Source: a bacterium (GTDB lineage: Bacteria; Zixibacteria; MSB-5A5; GN15; FEB-12). From it: 64,000 nt of DNA. The notes under the pieces were generated by a model, which was given only the letters and a program-made list of their open reading frames with translations, was not told where the DNA came from and did not search any database. Both the position numbers and the translations under genes were made by a program. The stretch lies in NCBI GenBank assembly GCA_043811375.1, contig JBDRNJ010000074.1, positions 58,880-122,879 of the forward strand, read 5' to 3'. Of the stretch, positions 8,167 through 17,934 are shown piece after piece. Every line of letters begins with the position of its first letter. The stretch's first letter is position 1.

Positions 8167-10442
8167 TCCGCCGGTACCCCAGCCTGCTGCTGCTGGTTTT
8201 TGTTATAGCCGGCATTATTATCTCCGACCAGACGCGTTTACCGAGCTGGACCTTCCTGGCCGCCAGCCTGATCTGCTGTCTGGCCGGTCTACTGTCCCTG
8301 ACGAAGCCCAGTCAGCGCAGGTCGGTCATCCTGCTGGTCGCCAGTCTGATGTTTTTTGCCGCCTTCAATTTTGCCTCCCGTCTCTACGATGTCGGACCAT
8401 ACCACATTTCACGTTCATTCGAAGATGGCCGGCGCTACCACATCTATGGCCGGGTTTGTGACTGGCCGGACCTGAAGACCAACCGGACGGAAATTAAAAT
8501 CGCCCTGGATTCTCTGGGCGATGACGTCATCCGCCGGGCTGACGGCAAAATCATGCTGAAACTGAGCGACACTACCACTGCCCTGCAACGTGGAGACCGG
8601 ATCGAGCTCCAGGGTCGGATATATCGGCTCAAGGGCAGCAGTATGCCGGGCAAGTTCGACTACCGACGATATCTCAATCTGAGGGGTGTGTTCGGTATTG
8701 TCTACCTGCCGACCCTGTTGGATGTCCGCATTGATAAAGCCAATCGTTATGGGCTGTTTGGAGTAGTGGACAAGTTAAGAACAGCCATCCGCGACAGTTT
8801 CTATCGCAACCTGTCACCCACGGCGGCAGCCCTGGCCGCGGGCTTTCTGATCGGTGAAACACGGAACATACCTGCCACCATATATCGCCAGTTCCGCGAT
8901 ACCGGGACCATGCATCTGCTGGCCGTTTCCGGTTCCAACGTCGCTTTGGTGGTCCTGGCCTTTGTGTTCCTCCTGCGGCCGCTGCGCCTGTCACCCCGGC
9001 GCCGGGCGGTCGCCCTGTTGGTGGTCGTCTTTGTCTTCGCTCTCCTTTCTTACGGCGAACCTTCGGTCGTGCGGGCTTCCGTCATGGCAGCGCTGGTAAT
9101 CGGGGCACGTTTCCTTCAGAGACGTATCGACCTTAACAATACTATTGCCGCCACCGCCCTGATTATCCTGCTGCTGCAACCGGCACAACTGTTCGATGTC
9201 GGCTTTCAGCTTTCCTTCGTTACCGCCTGGGGTTTGATATTTCTGACTCCCAGATTAGCCGCACCGTTCAAACGTTATCATTCCCGCCGCTGGTATCGAT
9301 GGCTGGTCTTTCCTCTGCTGATTTCACTGGTAGCACAGGTTTGCTCCGCGCCCCTGATTGTACTCTACTTCCATCGCCTGCCAATCATCTCGGTGGTGGC
9401 CAACCTGATTATTGTACCACTGGTGTCGGTAGCCGTCATCGGAGTAATACTGCTGTTGGTAGCTCACCTGATATGGCCGTTGCTGGGACTGCTGGTCGGA
9501 TCAATACAAAATCAACTGCTGATGTTGATTGTGCTGCTCCTCTCGGGACTCGGTGCCGAACAGATACCTTTGCTCAAGATCAGTGATATTCCACCGGTAG
9601 CTGTAGTGCTGTTCTATGTTTTCCTCGTTCTGTCGGTAGTATCCCTGAGGTCGAAACCTGTACGACGAGTGCTGCTGCTGTCAATCATGGTTGTGATTAA
9701 TATGGCCCTGGTCACGAGCGTAGTGACTACCCGGCAACAACCACCCCGGACGGATATCCATGTCTTCGGGCTACCGGGAGGGACCGGCGCCGTAATCAGA
9801 CAGAACGGAAACGAGGCCGACCTGATCGTCACCGGCCTGGCAGGGCGGGATTACCCGGTCGATGAACAGATCCTGCTCCCCCTGTTGGAAGGACTCCAAA
9901 CAGATCGACTCCGTTTCCTGGTGACCGTTGCCGCAGATTACGACGCCGCCGATGACCTGATCCGCCTGGCACGAAAACTTCATGTCCAAACCATCTATGC
10001 CGCAGCCGACCTCGAGCAGGTATTCGCCGACATTGTTCATTTCGACCCCGACGGGCAATCCGTAGAGATCATCAGGTGGCGTACCAACCGGCTCACTGTC
10101 GACCGTCCCGGCTACCATTGTATTGATGAGGGTCTGCTGGCCAATTTCGGGACAACCGCAGTCCTGTTTGCCGACCGCCTGAACCCACAGCAGGTGACAA
10201 TGATTCCTCGCGCACCTGACCAGACTCTTCTCGTCTGTGCCCAATTCACCTCACCGAAAACCGATACTTCATCGTGGGCCGATCGGTTCGAGGCGGCGTC
10301 GACCGTACACCGGCTGCTGGCCGTAATCCCCCCCGGACAGGACACTCCGGGTCCTGTCTATGATTTGAACAGGGTCGGTGCCGTCCGGATAGACCTCTGG
10401 CCCGATGATCCGGCGGCCATGAAGGTAATCCCCCTGCCCTGA
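8163..10442 (+). CDS. comEC: ComEC/Rec2 DNA uptake channel with a degenerate C-terminal MBL-like domain
   Basis: PGKFDYRRYL, GTMHLLAVSGSNV, PSVVRASVM, GFQLSF motifs; ATGA overlap with the murJ stop. Confidence 0.92.
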   Translation: MIRRYPSLLLLVFVIAGIIISDQTRLPSWTFLAASLICCLAGLLSLTKPSQRRSVILLVASLMFFAAFNFASRLYDVGPYHISRSFEDGRRYHIYGRVCDWPDLKTNRTEIKIALDSLGDDVIRRADGKIMLKLSDTTTALQRGDRIELQGRIYRLKGSSMPGKFDYRRYLNLRGVFGIVYLPTLLDVRIDKANRYGLFGVVDKLRTAIRDSFYRNLSPTAAALAAGFLIGETRNIPATIYRQFRDTGTMHLLAVSGSNVALVVLAFVFLLRPLRLSPRRRAVALLVVVFVFALLSYGEPSVVRASVMAALVIGARFLQRRIDLNNTIAATALIILLLQPAQLFDVGFQLSFVTAWGLIFLTPRLAAPFKRYHSRRWYRWLVFPLLISLVAQVCSAPLIVLYFHRLPIISVVANLIIVPLVSVAVIGVILLLVAHLIWPLLGLLVGSIQNQLLMLIVLLLSGLGAEQIPLLKISDIPPVAVVLFYVFLVLSVVSLRSKPVRRVLLLSIMVVINMALVTSVVTTRQQPPRTDIHVFGLPGGTGAVIRQNGNEADLIVTGLAGRDYPVDEQILLPLLEGLQTDRLRFLVTVAADYDAADDLIRLARKLHVQTIYAAADLEQVFADIVHFDPDGQSVEIIRWRTNRLTVDRPGYHCIDEGLLANFGTTAVLFADRLNPQQVTMIPRAPDQTLLVCAQFTSPKTDTSSWADRFEAASTVHRLLAVIPPGQDTPGPVYDLNRVGAVRIDLWPDDPAAMKVIPLP

Positions 10443-10550
10443 TTTAGACGTCAAGTAAGACGTCCCCCCGCCCGATAATGAAAATGATAAGGAACAACCC
10501 CGCTCTGCGGGAATAACCACGAATCGTATTGCGTTTTCGAGAGGTCTGGT

Positions 10551-11750
10551 ATGAGTCTATCCGGTAACCTGAAAACGGTTTCCTTCCCCGATATCCTGCA
10601 ACTGTTGTCCACCGGCAAGAAAAGCGGTGTGCTGGAACTGAAGACAGCCACCCGCCAGAAAGAGGTAGCCTTCAAAGAGGGCAATATCGTCTATGCCTCC
10701 TCCATCAATTCCTCAGAGGATCTGCTGGGCAACATGCTGCTCAAACGGGGTCGCATTTCCAAAAGCGACCTGGAGCGGGCTATCACCCTCCACAAGCAAA
10801 CCGGTCGGCAGTTGGGCACCACCCTCATCGACATGAACCTGTTTGATAAAAGCGACATTACCGAATGCCTTAAGCTGCAGATAGAAGAAATCGTGTATAA
10901 CCTGTTTTCATGGAAGGAAGGCAACTTCGTCTTTCACGAGGGAACCTCTCCCAAAAACGTTCCCTTCCATGTGGAACTGATCACCATGAACGTCATCATG
11001 GAGGGAACCCGGCGCATCGACGAATGGCTCGAAATCCAAAAAATCCTTCCCCCGGATGACGTGTTGCTGGCTATTGTCAGATCACCCAAAATCAACCGTG
11101 AGGAAATCGTTTTCTCGCTCGACGAGTTCCGAATGCTGGCTCTGATCAATGGGGAACGCACCCTGCCTGATTTGATCAACCTGTCAACTATGGGCGAGTT
11201 CGTTACCAGTCGGGCAGTGTACCGTCTGATGCTCAACAAATTGGTGGAAGTCGCCGGCAAACAAGTCGAGGAAGTCCAGGAAGAAGATGAAGAGGAAATA
11301 ATTCTGCGCCTGGTTTTTGATCTGTACAATCACTGCTTCTACCAGATACAGTCCTTGTTCGAATTCAAGCTGGGAGGAGAAAACACCCGCTTTGCTTCCC
11401 TGGCTGCCCAATACCGTAGCGGACTGATGAACTACTTTCCGGGCACCGACCCCAAATCAGACATAAAACCCTCCTTCGACAAATTTCTCACCGCTGCCAA
11501 AGCAATCCCCTCTGCGATAAGGCTGCAGAAACTGATGTCCCAGCTGGAACAGGCTCTGGCCGAACAACTGGAATTTGTCTACCAACTGCTGGGAATAGGG
11601 ACCTTCCGAGAAGCTGTAACCGGTGTCAAGAAAGAGATATCAGAACCGCTCGCCAAACGGCGGGAACTGGTCAAACAATATGGAATCGAAGATACATTCT
11701 ACCGTACACTCAAACGTGCTGATAGAGCCGTTAAAATGGTGCGAGGGTAA
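10551..11750 (+). CDS. DUF4388 (PATAN-like) protein with an MshEN-like tandem helix motif
   Basis: LSGNLKTVSFPDILQLLSTGKKSGVL...LFSWKEGNFVF...MEGTRRIDEW. Confidence 0.8.
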   Translation: MSLSGNLKTVSFPDILQLLSTGKKSGVLELKTATRQKEVAFKEGNIVYASSINSSEDLLGNMLLKRGRISKSDLERAITLHKQTGRQLGTTLIDMNLFDKSDITECLKLQIEEIVYNLFSWKEGNFVFHEGTSPKNVPFHVELITMNVIMEGTRRIDEWLEIQKILPPDDVLLAIVRSPKINREEIVFSLDEFRMLALINGERTLPDLINLSTMGEFVTSRAVYRLMLNKLVEVAGKQVEEVQEEDEEEIILRLVFDLYNHCFYQIQSLFEFKLGGENTRFASLAAQYRSGLMNYFPGTDPKSDIKPSFDKFLTAAKAIPSAIRLQKLMSQLEQALAEQLEFVYQLLGIGTFREAVTGVKKEISEPLAKRRELVKQYGIEDTFYRTLKRADRAVKMVRG

Positions 11751-11754
11751 CGAC

Positions 11755-12117
11755 ATGAAACAAGGGATTGTTCTGGGAACCGTATTTGTAATCGCTGCCG
11801 CCACACCGGCACAGGCAGCCAATCTGGCCGTAATCACCAGTCCTCCGACACTGCTGAACTTGTTCATCCTGATCTTCGCGGTGGGCTGTCTGGCCTCATC
11901 CGCCAAGGTGATGTCTTTGGTCAGGGGTGGCCAACTCAGCCGAAGCTGGCAAATGTTCGCAGCCGGTTTTGCAGTGTTGACTATATGCCAATTAGCGATA
12001 CTAAGCAGCCATCTGGAACTGATCCTGCTGCCGTCGTTTGTCGTCCCGGGCGCACTGGTTGTCATGAGCGGGCTGTTTCTGTTCGGCATTATTGAAACCA
12101 AACGCGCACTGAGCTGA
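11755..12117 (+). CDS. Small membrane protein (signal/TM plus about 3 TM helices)
   Basis: ATG 4 nt after the DUF4388 stop; hydrophobic segments. Confidence 0.7.
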   Translation: MKQGIVLGTVFVIAAATPAQAANLAVITSPPTLLNLFILIFAVGCLASSAKVMSLVRGGQLSRSWQMFAAGFAVLTICQLAILSSHLELILLPSFVVPGALVVMSGLFLFGIIETKRALS

Positions 12118-12128
12118 CGAAGTAAAGG

Positions 12129-12157
12129 TTGACATAAGTCGCTGCGATATTTATAAT
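12129..12157 (+). promoter_or_regulatory. Perfect-consensus sigma70 promoter
   Basis: TTGACA(12129-12134)-17nt-TATAAT(12152-12157). Confidence 0.85.
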
Positions 12158-12222
12158 TATCTATTAATAAAAAGAGTGTTACCACTCAACCTATTGTCTT
12201 AAGAGTAATTACAGGGAAACCG

Positions 12223-13074
12223 ATGGCCCGCACTCACGAGTTGAAAGATAGAATTACTAAATGCGAGAAAATTCTGGAAACTGACCCCAGTTCTCAGATT
12301 TTTGCAGCTCTGGCCGACGCCCACCGCAAGAAGGGCGAGCTCGACCGAGCCTTTCGTATTTGTCAAAACGGCCTGAAAATCCATCCCTCTTACGGATCGG
12401 CGCACGTCGTCATGTCCAAAATCAATCTTGACCGGGGTCTGTATGATTGGGCTGAAACCGAGGCACAAAAGGCCGTCAAGATCGATGGAGCTACGCGCTC
12501 AATAGAATTGCTGCTGGCTGAGATCTACCTGTACAGGGGTGAGTTCAACTCCGCCCTCAAGCTGCTTAACCGACTTCACGAAGCTGATCCCGACAATGAT
12601 CAGATCAATAAAATGCTGGATCTGGCGCACCGAATACCCGAGGAGCAGACAGTTCTAATGGGCGATCACGAATCCGAGGACACCGGGAACACCATCGTTG
12701 AGTCAATCGATACCGGCACCCGCCGGCTCAACATGTCCGAAGTTATCAGCCAGAGCGTAACTGTGGAGGGAATCGATGGTGCCCTGTTTCTCAACGGGGA
12801 GGGGTTGGTCGTCGAAGCCGAGTGGCCGCTGAAGTGGGACCAGACTGTCTGCGCCGCCACTCTGGGAAACATTGGCTCTTTGCTCGACCGGGAACCGATT
12901 CAGAACACTTTCGGCACTGCCCACAACATTCTTATCGAAACCGACGACTCGATTTTCTACATCGCCCGGGTCGCCGATGGTGTATTCATCTTCGCGGCTG
13001 CCGGCTCGACCAACCTGGGAACGCTGCGCATGAAAATCGATAATATGCTGCTGGATTATCAGCAGTCATCATAG
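12223..13074 (+). CDS. TPR protein with a C-terminal roadblock/LC7-like domain
   Basis: TPR helices (FAALADAHRKKGELDRA...HPSYGSAHV); C-terminus GIDGALFLNGEGLVV...NLGTLRM. Confidence 0.8.
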   Translation: MARTHELKDRITKCEKILETDPSSQIFAALADAHRKKGELDRAFRICQNGLKIHPSYGSAHVVMSKINLDRGLYDWAETEAQKAVKIDGATRSIELLLAEIYLYRGEFNSALKLLNRLHEADPDNDQINKMLDLAHRIPEEQTVLMGDHESEDTGNTIVESIDTGTRRLNMSEVISQSVTVEGIDGALFLNGEGLVVEAEWPLKWDQTVCAATLGNIGSLLDREPIQNTFGTAHNILIETDDSIFYIARVADGVFIFAAAGSTNLGTLRMKIDNMLLDYQQSS

Positions 13075-13084
13075 AGGGACTATT

Positions 13085-14074
13085 ATGGAACTGACGGCAC
13101 GGATTGTACGTCAAACACTACTCATCTCACTGACGATTCTGATGGCACCGCTGTTGCTCTTCCCCGATCGGCTGGGGACGGGACTGGCCGGAGTGGCGCT
13201 AATGAACGGCGTGTTTGAGTTGACCTTCTACGCTGTGGTATCGTACCTGCTTTTTCGGCATGCCACGCTGGGCAAGATTGTTCAGATTTCACTGCTCTGC
13301 CTGGGTTTCCGATTGCTGCTGGGTGTCTTTTTCGGCATGTTCGTCGCGGCCATGTATTCGATGAACCTGGCCATATCGATAAAACTGGGCCTGGCGGCAT
13401 ATCTTCCAGCGGTCCTGCTTCACATAGCCGTCACTCCCCTGGTACTCAAACCGATCAGCAGGCAGTTGGTACCATCGGTAACCCGACGTCGGACGGCACC
13501 CGAGTCTCCGGCGCCGGCAGAAACGACGGACACTAACATGACTACGATGTCGGCAACCGGGAAAGGCGCACCTGTTCGGCTTGAGACGAACAACACACCT
13601 GCCGACGTTGTCCGAGCATCCGCAGAGACTCGGTCCGGTATTACCCCCGCAACCGAAAACACCGACGATGGTTTCGACCGTGCTGTCCGCTATATCGGTG
13701 AGGACGGTTCCGTCCGGCTGGCCGCCGTGGTCGACCAGGAGGGGTTGCTGCTGGGCTGTTTCGTCAGGGGTGACCTCCTGGCCGATGACTGGGCGCCACT
13801 GGCGCTAGTAATTAGCGAAGCCGGCCAAACCGCCCTCAAGCGAACCGGCCAGGATTCACTTGAGAGAATTGACATGCTGCTCAAGGAGGATCGGATTGTC
13901 GTTGCCCGTCAGCCATCATGGTCGCTGTTGGTAATTTCCCAGCGCCAGACTAATGACACCCTCAATATCAGAATCAATCAGGGACTCGAAATAATCAGGA
14001 AATACATGGCACAGCGGTACAGTCACGAACTGTCCGTAAGCCCGGAGAGAACCTATGTATCAAGTGCTCAGTGA
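13085..14074 (+). CDS. Membrane protein (about 4 TM) with a Pro/Thr linker and a C-terminal roadblock-like domain
   Basis: Hydrophobic N-terminus; VRLAAVVDQEGLLLG roadblock-type motif. Confidence 0.7.
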   Translation: MELTARIVRQTLLISLTILMAPLLLFPDRLGTGLAGVALMNGVFELTFYAVVSYLLFRHATLGKIVQISLLCLGFRLLLGVFFGMFVAAMYSMNLAISIKLGLAAYLPAVLLHIAVTPLVLKPISRQLVPSVTRRRTAPESPAPAETTDTNMTTMSATGKGAPVRLETNNTPADVVRASAETRSGITPATENTDDGFDRAVRYIGEDGSVRLAAVVDQEGLLLGCFVRGDLLADDWAPLALVISEAGQTALKRTGQDSLERIDMLLKEDRIVVARQPSWSLLVISQRQTNDTLNIRINQGLEIIRKYMAQRYSHELSVSPERTYVSSAQ

Positions 14075-14396
14075 ACTGAACAAGACCACCGGCGTCACCG
14101 GCTGTATGGTGGTGGGCAATGACGGCATGGTTATCGCCGCCGACCTTGCAACCGGCTTTGACGGTGATGCTGTCGGAGCGCTGGCAGCTTCCATTACGTC
14201 CAACATACAGAAATCACTGCAACGGCTGGAAACGCACCCGGCCAGACAGGTCACCATCGAAGCCGACAACGCCAAACTGTTTTTCACTCACGCTGAAAAG
14301 GGAATGCTGGTGGTCACCACCGAAAAGAACGTCAACATCGGACTGGTGCGCCTGGAGATGAAAAACGCCCTCAACAAACTAAAAGAAATACAATAA
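14055..14396 (+). CDS. Stand-alone roadblock/LC7 protein (MglB/MglC-like)
   Basis: GVTGCMVVGNDGMVIA...NIGLVRLEMK; overlaps the upstream gene by 20 nt. Confidence 0.85.
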   Translation: MYQVLSELNKTTGVTGCMVVGNDGMVIAADLATGFDGDAVGALAASITSNIQKSLQRLETHPARQVTIEADNAKLFFTHAEKGMLVVTTEKNVNIGLVRLEMKNALNKLKEIQ

Positions 14397-14427
14397 ACTG
14401 TACCGGAAAGTAGTGGGATAGTCAGGC

Positions 14428-15504
14428 ATGGTATCAATCAACTACTCATCGCGGGAAGTTTGCTGCAAAATTGTCTATTACGGCCCGGGGTTGTCCGGCA
14501 AAACCACAAATTTGCAGTACGTGCACTCCAAGGTGCCGTCGAACACCCGGGGTAAACTGATCTCGCTGGCGACGGAGGCCGACCGAACCCTGTACTTTGA
14601 CTTCCTGCCCATTAACATAGGCACCATCAACGGCTTTGCCGCCAAGTTCCAGTTGTACACGGTGCCGGGGCAGGTCTACTACAACGCCACTCGCAAGCTT
14701 GTATTGCGCGGGGTTGACGGTGTCGTTTTTGTGGCTGACAGCCAACCGGATAAGATGGATGAGAACATCGAGTCTCTAACCAATCTCGAAGAGAATCTGC
14801 GCGAGTATGGCTATAACATCAACGACATGCCAATGGTTATACAGTACAACAAGCGAGATTTGCCGGGAGTAATGACGGTCGACCAACTCAATGCCATACT
14901 TAACCCACAGGGTCGGTCGTGTTATGAAGCCTCGGCCACGATCGGTAACGGTGTTTTCGACACGCTCAAACTGATTATCAAACTGGTGCTGGAAAAGGCC
15001 AAATCGACCGGCCCGCCGCGGTCATCTCCCCCTGATCAGCCAACAGAGGTGACGGCTCCATCCGTGTTGGTCACCACCGCCACTACGGGCCGGCACGAAT
15101 CGATACCCCAGGCTGCTGGCGTCATGGCGGGACCGGAGTCGCCAACATCGGCTGCTTCTACCAGGACGGTCACAGTTGCTGCCCCGGTTGATACACCGAT
15201 GTCAGCTACAGAAGAAGCCGCACCGAAACCGACCTATACGTCCTTCCCGCAATCGGCGCGTCCCTTCCCCGGTAGCGAAGAATCGGCCGCGGCTCCCCGA
15301 AAAATCTCTCCAACCGGTTTTGCTCCGACACGGCAAGCACGACCGGAAGAAGCATCAATAGAGAAAAAAGCAATCGAACACGGTAGTGATGATCCGGACA
15401 CGCCCTCGGAATCGACGAGAACTCCCTTAATGGCGCCCGCTCTGCGACGACGAAGTTATAAGAAGAAACGAGGTTTCTTCAAGCGTTTGTTCGGACTCAA
15501 ATAG
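14428..15504 (+). CDS. mglA: MglA-family small GTPase with a long C-terminal extension
   Basis: KIVYYGPGLSGKTTN, DRTLYFDF, YTVPGQVYY, NKRD motifs as in Myxococcus MglA. Confidence 0.95.
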   Translation: MVSINYSSREVCCKIVYYGPGLSGKTTNLQYVHSKVPSNTRGKLISLATEADRTLYFDFLPINIGTINGFAAKFQLYTVPGQVYYNATRKLVLRGVDGVVFVADSQPDKMDENIESLTNLEENLREYGYNINDMPMVIQYNKRDLPGVMTVDQLNAILNPQGRSCYEASATIGNGVFDTLKLIIKLVLEKAKSTGPPRSSPPDQPTEVTAPSVLVTTATTGRHESIPQAAGVMAGPESPTSAASTRTVTVAAPVDTPMSATEEAAPKPTYTSFPQSARPFPGSEESAAAPRKISPTGFAPTRQARPEEASIEKKAIEHGSDDPDTPSESTRTPLMAPALRRRSYKKKRGFFKRLFGLK

Positions 15505-15521
15505 ACATCAAGGAGGCATAA

Positions 15522-16013
15522 ATGGCTGACGACAGCTTGATAATCTACGAAGAAGAGATTACCCAGATCGAAGCACTCATTTCCAAAATGCTGCAGAGTG
15601 CTGAGGCCAAGTGTGCTCTGCTGGTTGACAAGGACGGCCACCTGATCACACGACAGGGATTCACACATTCACTGGATACCACCGCTCTGGCGGCATTGCT
15701 GGCCGGCTCTTTTGCCTCCACCAGGGAAATCGCCCGATTGGTAGGTGAATCGGAATTCTCGGTCCTGTTCCATCAGGGCAAGAAAGACCACATCCACATG
15801 AGCCTTGTTGGTGAACGCTCAATCCTGGTAGTTATTTTCGATGACCGCACTACCATCGGCATGGTGCGACTGTGCGCCAAGGAAACGGCTGCCGAATTAA
15901 CCGAGGTTTTTATTCGCATTGAGAATGGTCCCCGAGATAAATCCGACTACGCCGTTTCCAGCGACTTCGCCAGCAGAGCGCAGGACAAATTGGACGACAT
16001 TTTCCAGGATTGA
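15522..16013 (+). CDS. mglB: MglB (roadblock-domain GAP of MglA)
   Basis: IYEEE...LVDKDGHLI...DTTALAALLAGS...FHQG...VIFDDRTTIGMVRL and acidic C-terminal helix LDDIF; AAGGAGG RBS. Confidence 0.9.
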   Translation: MADDSLIIYEEEITQIEALISKMLQSAEAKCALLVDKDGHLITRQGFTHSLDTTALAALLAGSFASTREIARLVGESEFSVLFHQGKKDHIHMSLVGERSILVVIFDDRTTIGMVRLCAKETAAELTEVFIRIENGPRDKSDYAVSSDFASRAQDKLDDIFQD

Positions 16014-16085
16014 CCTCCCCACCGGGAAAGAGAGGCAGGGGTATTGTAAAACCTGCCAACAACGCCGCACAACGGGAAACAGAGA

Positions 16086-17780
16086 ATGTCATCAGAACTC
16101 GGGGCAATACTGGTCGATGCCGGTAAGATCACTCAGGAACAAGCCGAAAATGCTGCGGCATACAGCAAAGACCACAAAGAGAAATTCGAGGCTGCGCTGG
16201 TCAAGACAGGAGCCGTAGCCTCCGAAGACGATATCGCCAAACTGATCGGCCAGCACCTCAAGATCGGCACTCTCCGTCTCAGCGATATCGAACTCAACCC
16301 CGAGATCGTCCAACTCATTCCATCCGATATCGCCCGCAAGTTCAAAGTCATCGCAGTCTCCAAAATCAACAGGACCCTGTTGGTGGCTATCGGCGACCCC
16401 AACAACATCTACGTTCTGGACGCCATCAAGTTTATCACCGGACTTGTCGTCCAACCTGTTATCTCTCCGGAAAACGCCATCGAAAAAGCAATCGACGTCT
16501 ACTACACCGACAGCGGCAACCTCTCCGAAATCGTCAAGGGCATGGAAGAAGATTCCTACCTGGAAGTGGTAGAAGCCGAAAAGGGGCCTACCGAGTCCGA
16601 CCTGCTTTCAGCCATCCAGGATAAACCGCTGGTCAAGCTGGTCGATTCGATCATCGGCGATGCCATCCGCATGGGCTCTTCCGATATCCATATGGAGATG
16701 TACGAAAAACGTATCCGCGTTCGCTATCGCATCGACGGCGATTTGCGTGAGATGGAACCGCTGCCGTTTAAGTATCGTTCCGCTATCGTCTCACGTGTCA
16801 AAATTATGGCCGACCTGGACATCTCCGAACGGCGACTGCCGCAGGATGGCCGCATTAAGATCAAGATCAGCGGACGTACGGTTGACCTGCGAGTCTCCGT
16901 CCTGCCGACCATCTTCGGCGAAAAGGTCGTCATGCGTATTCTGGATCCGATGGCGCTGATGGTCGATATGACCAAGCTTGGGTTCCGGAAGGAGGATTTG
17001 TCCAAATTCGATGATGCCATCCATCTTCCTTTCGGCATCATTCTGGTTACCGGTCCGACCGGTTCCGGAAAAACAACCACGCTGTACTCGGCACTCAAAC
17101 AACTCAACCAAATCGACGTGAACATTATGACGGCCGAGGACCCGGTGGAGTTCAATTTCGACGGTATCAACCAGGTAGCCGTCCGATCCGGCATCGGGTT
17201 GAGTTTTGCCGCTTCGTTACGGTCATTTCTGCGACAGGACCCGGATATTATCATGGTCGGAGAAATCCGTGACACCGAAACTGCCGAGATCGCCATCCGG
17301 GCAGCTCTGACCGGTCACCTTGTTTTCTCGACCCTGCACACCAACGATGCCCCCTCATCCATCAACCGACTGATTGACATGGGCATCCCCTACTACCTGG
17401 TCGCCTCGTCCACCAAATTGATCATGGCCCAGCGAATGACGCGCAAGATATGCCAGACGTGTAAGGAAGAAATCAACCTGACCCAGCAACAGATGGAAAG
17501 CCTGGCTCCGACAAAAGAACTGGCACGCAATATCCGGGCTTTCCGTGGCGTCGGCTGCCGCGAATGCAATGAAACCGGAAAAGCCGGGCGAACTGGCATT
17601 TACGAAGTCATGCCGATTAGCCCCAGCATCGAACAACTGATCCTTGACAAAGCCTCCGACACCGAAATCAAGAAAATCGCAATGGAGGAGGGAATGTTCA
17701 GCCTGCGTATGTGCGCCATCGAGAAAATGAAGCAGGGATTGATCGACATCGACGAAGTCTTCGCCGTATCTGCTGTCTAA
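16086..17780 (+). CDS. pilB: Type IV pilus extension ATPase PilB
   Basis: SDIH, RLPQDGR, GPTGSGKTT, LRQDPD, GHLVFSTLHTN; CxxC...CxxC zinc motif. Confidence 0.95.
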   Translation: MSSELGAILVDAGKITQEQAENAAAYSKDHKEKFEAALVKTGAVASEDDIAKLIGQHLKIGTLRLSDIELNPEIVQLIPSDIARKFKVIAVSKINRTLLVAIGDPNNIYVLDAIKFITGLVVQPVISPENAIEKAIDVYYTDSGNLSEIVKGMEEDSYLEVVEAEKGPTESDLLSAIQDKPLVKLVDSIIGDAIRMGSSDIHMEMYEKRIRVRYRIDGDLREMEPLPFKYRSAIVSRVKIMADLDISERRLPQDGRIKIKISGRTVDLRVSVLPTIFGEKVVMRILDPMALMVDMTKLGFRKEDLSKFDDAIHLPFGIILVTGPTGSGKTTTLYSALKQLNQIDVNIMTAEDPVEFNFDGINQVAVRSGIGLSFAASLRSFLRQDPDIIMVGEIRDTETAEIAIRAALTGHLVFSTLHTNDAPSSINRLIDMGIPYYLVASSTKLIMAQRMTRKICQTCKEEINLTQQQMESLAPTKELARNIRAFRGVGCRECNETGKAGRTGIYEVMPISPSIEQLILDKASDTEIKKIAMEEGMFSLRMCAIEKMKQGLIDIDEVFAVSAV

Positions 17781-17934
17781 GCCCTTACATCCTCACAGCC
17801 ACCCTATTGTCCGACAACGGCTTACTTTTGCCCAACCAGCCGCTTCCAGTCAAGATTTTGGTCCAATCAGCCGATACTACAACAAGATACATATAATAAG
17901 TACGGTCGAAAGCCACCACCAGCGGGAGCAACAT

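Noticed and set aside
11623..11754. N-terminal extension of the small membrane protein as given in the ORF track
   Set aside because: It overlaps the DUF4388 gene; ATG at 11755 gives a clean signal-like start.
17781..17934. Sigma54 promoter or ncRNA between pilB and pilT
   Set aside because: No convincing TGGCAC-N5-TTGC and no stable recognisable structure.
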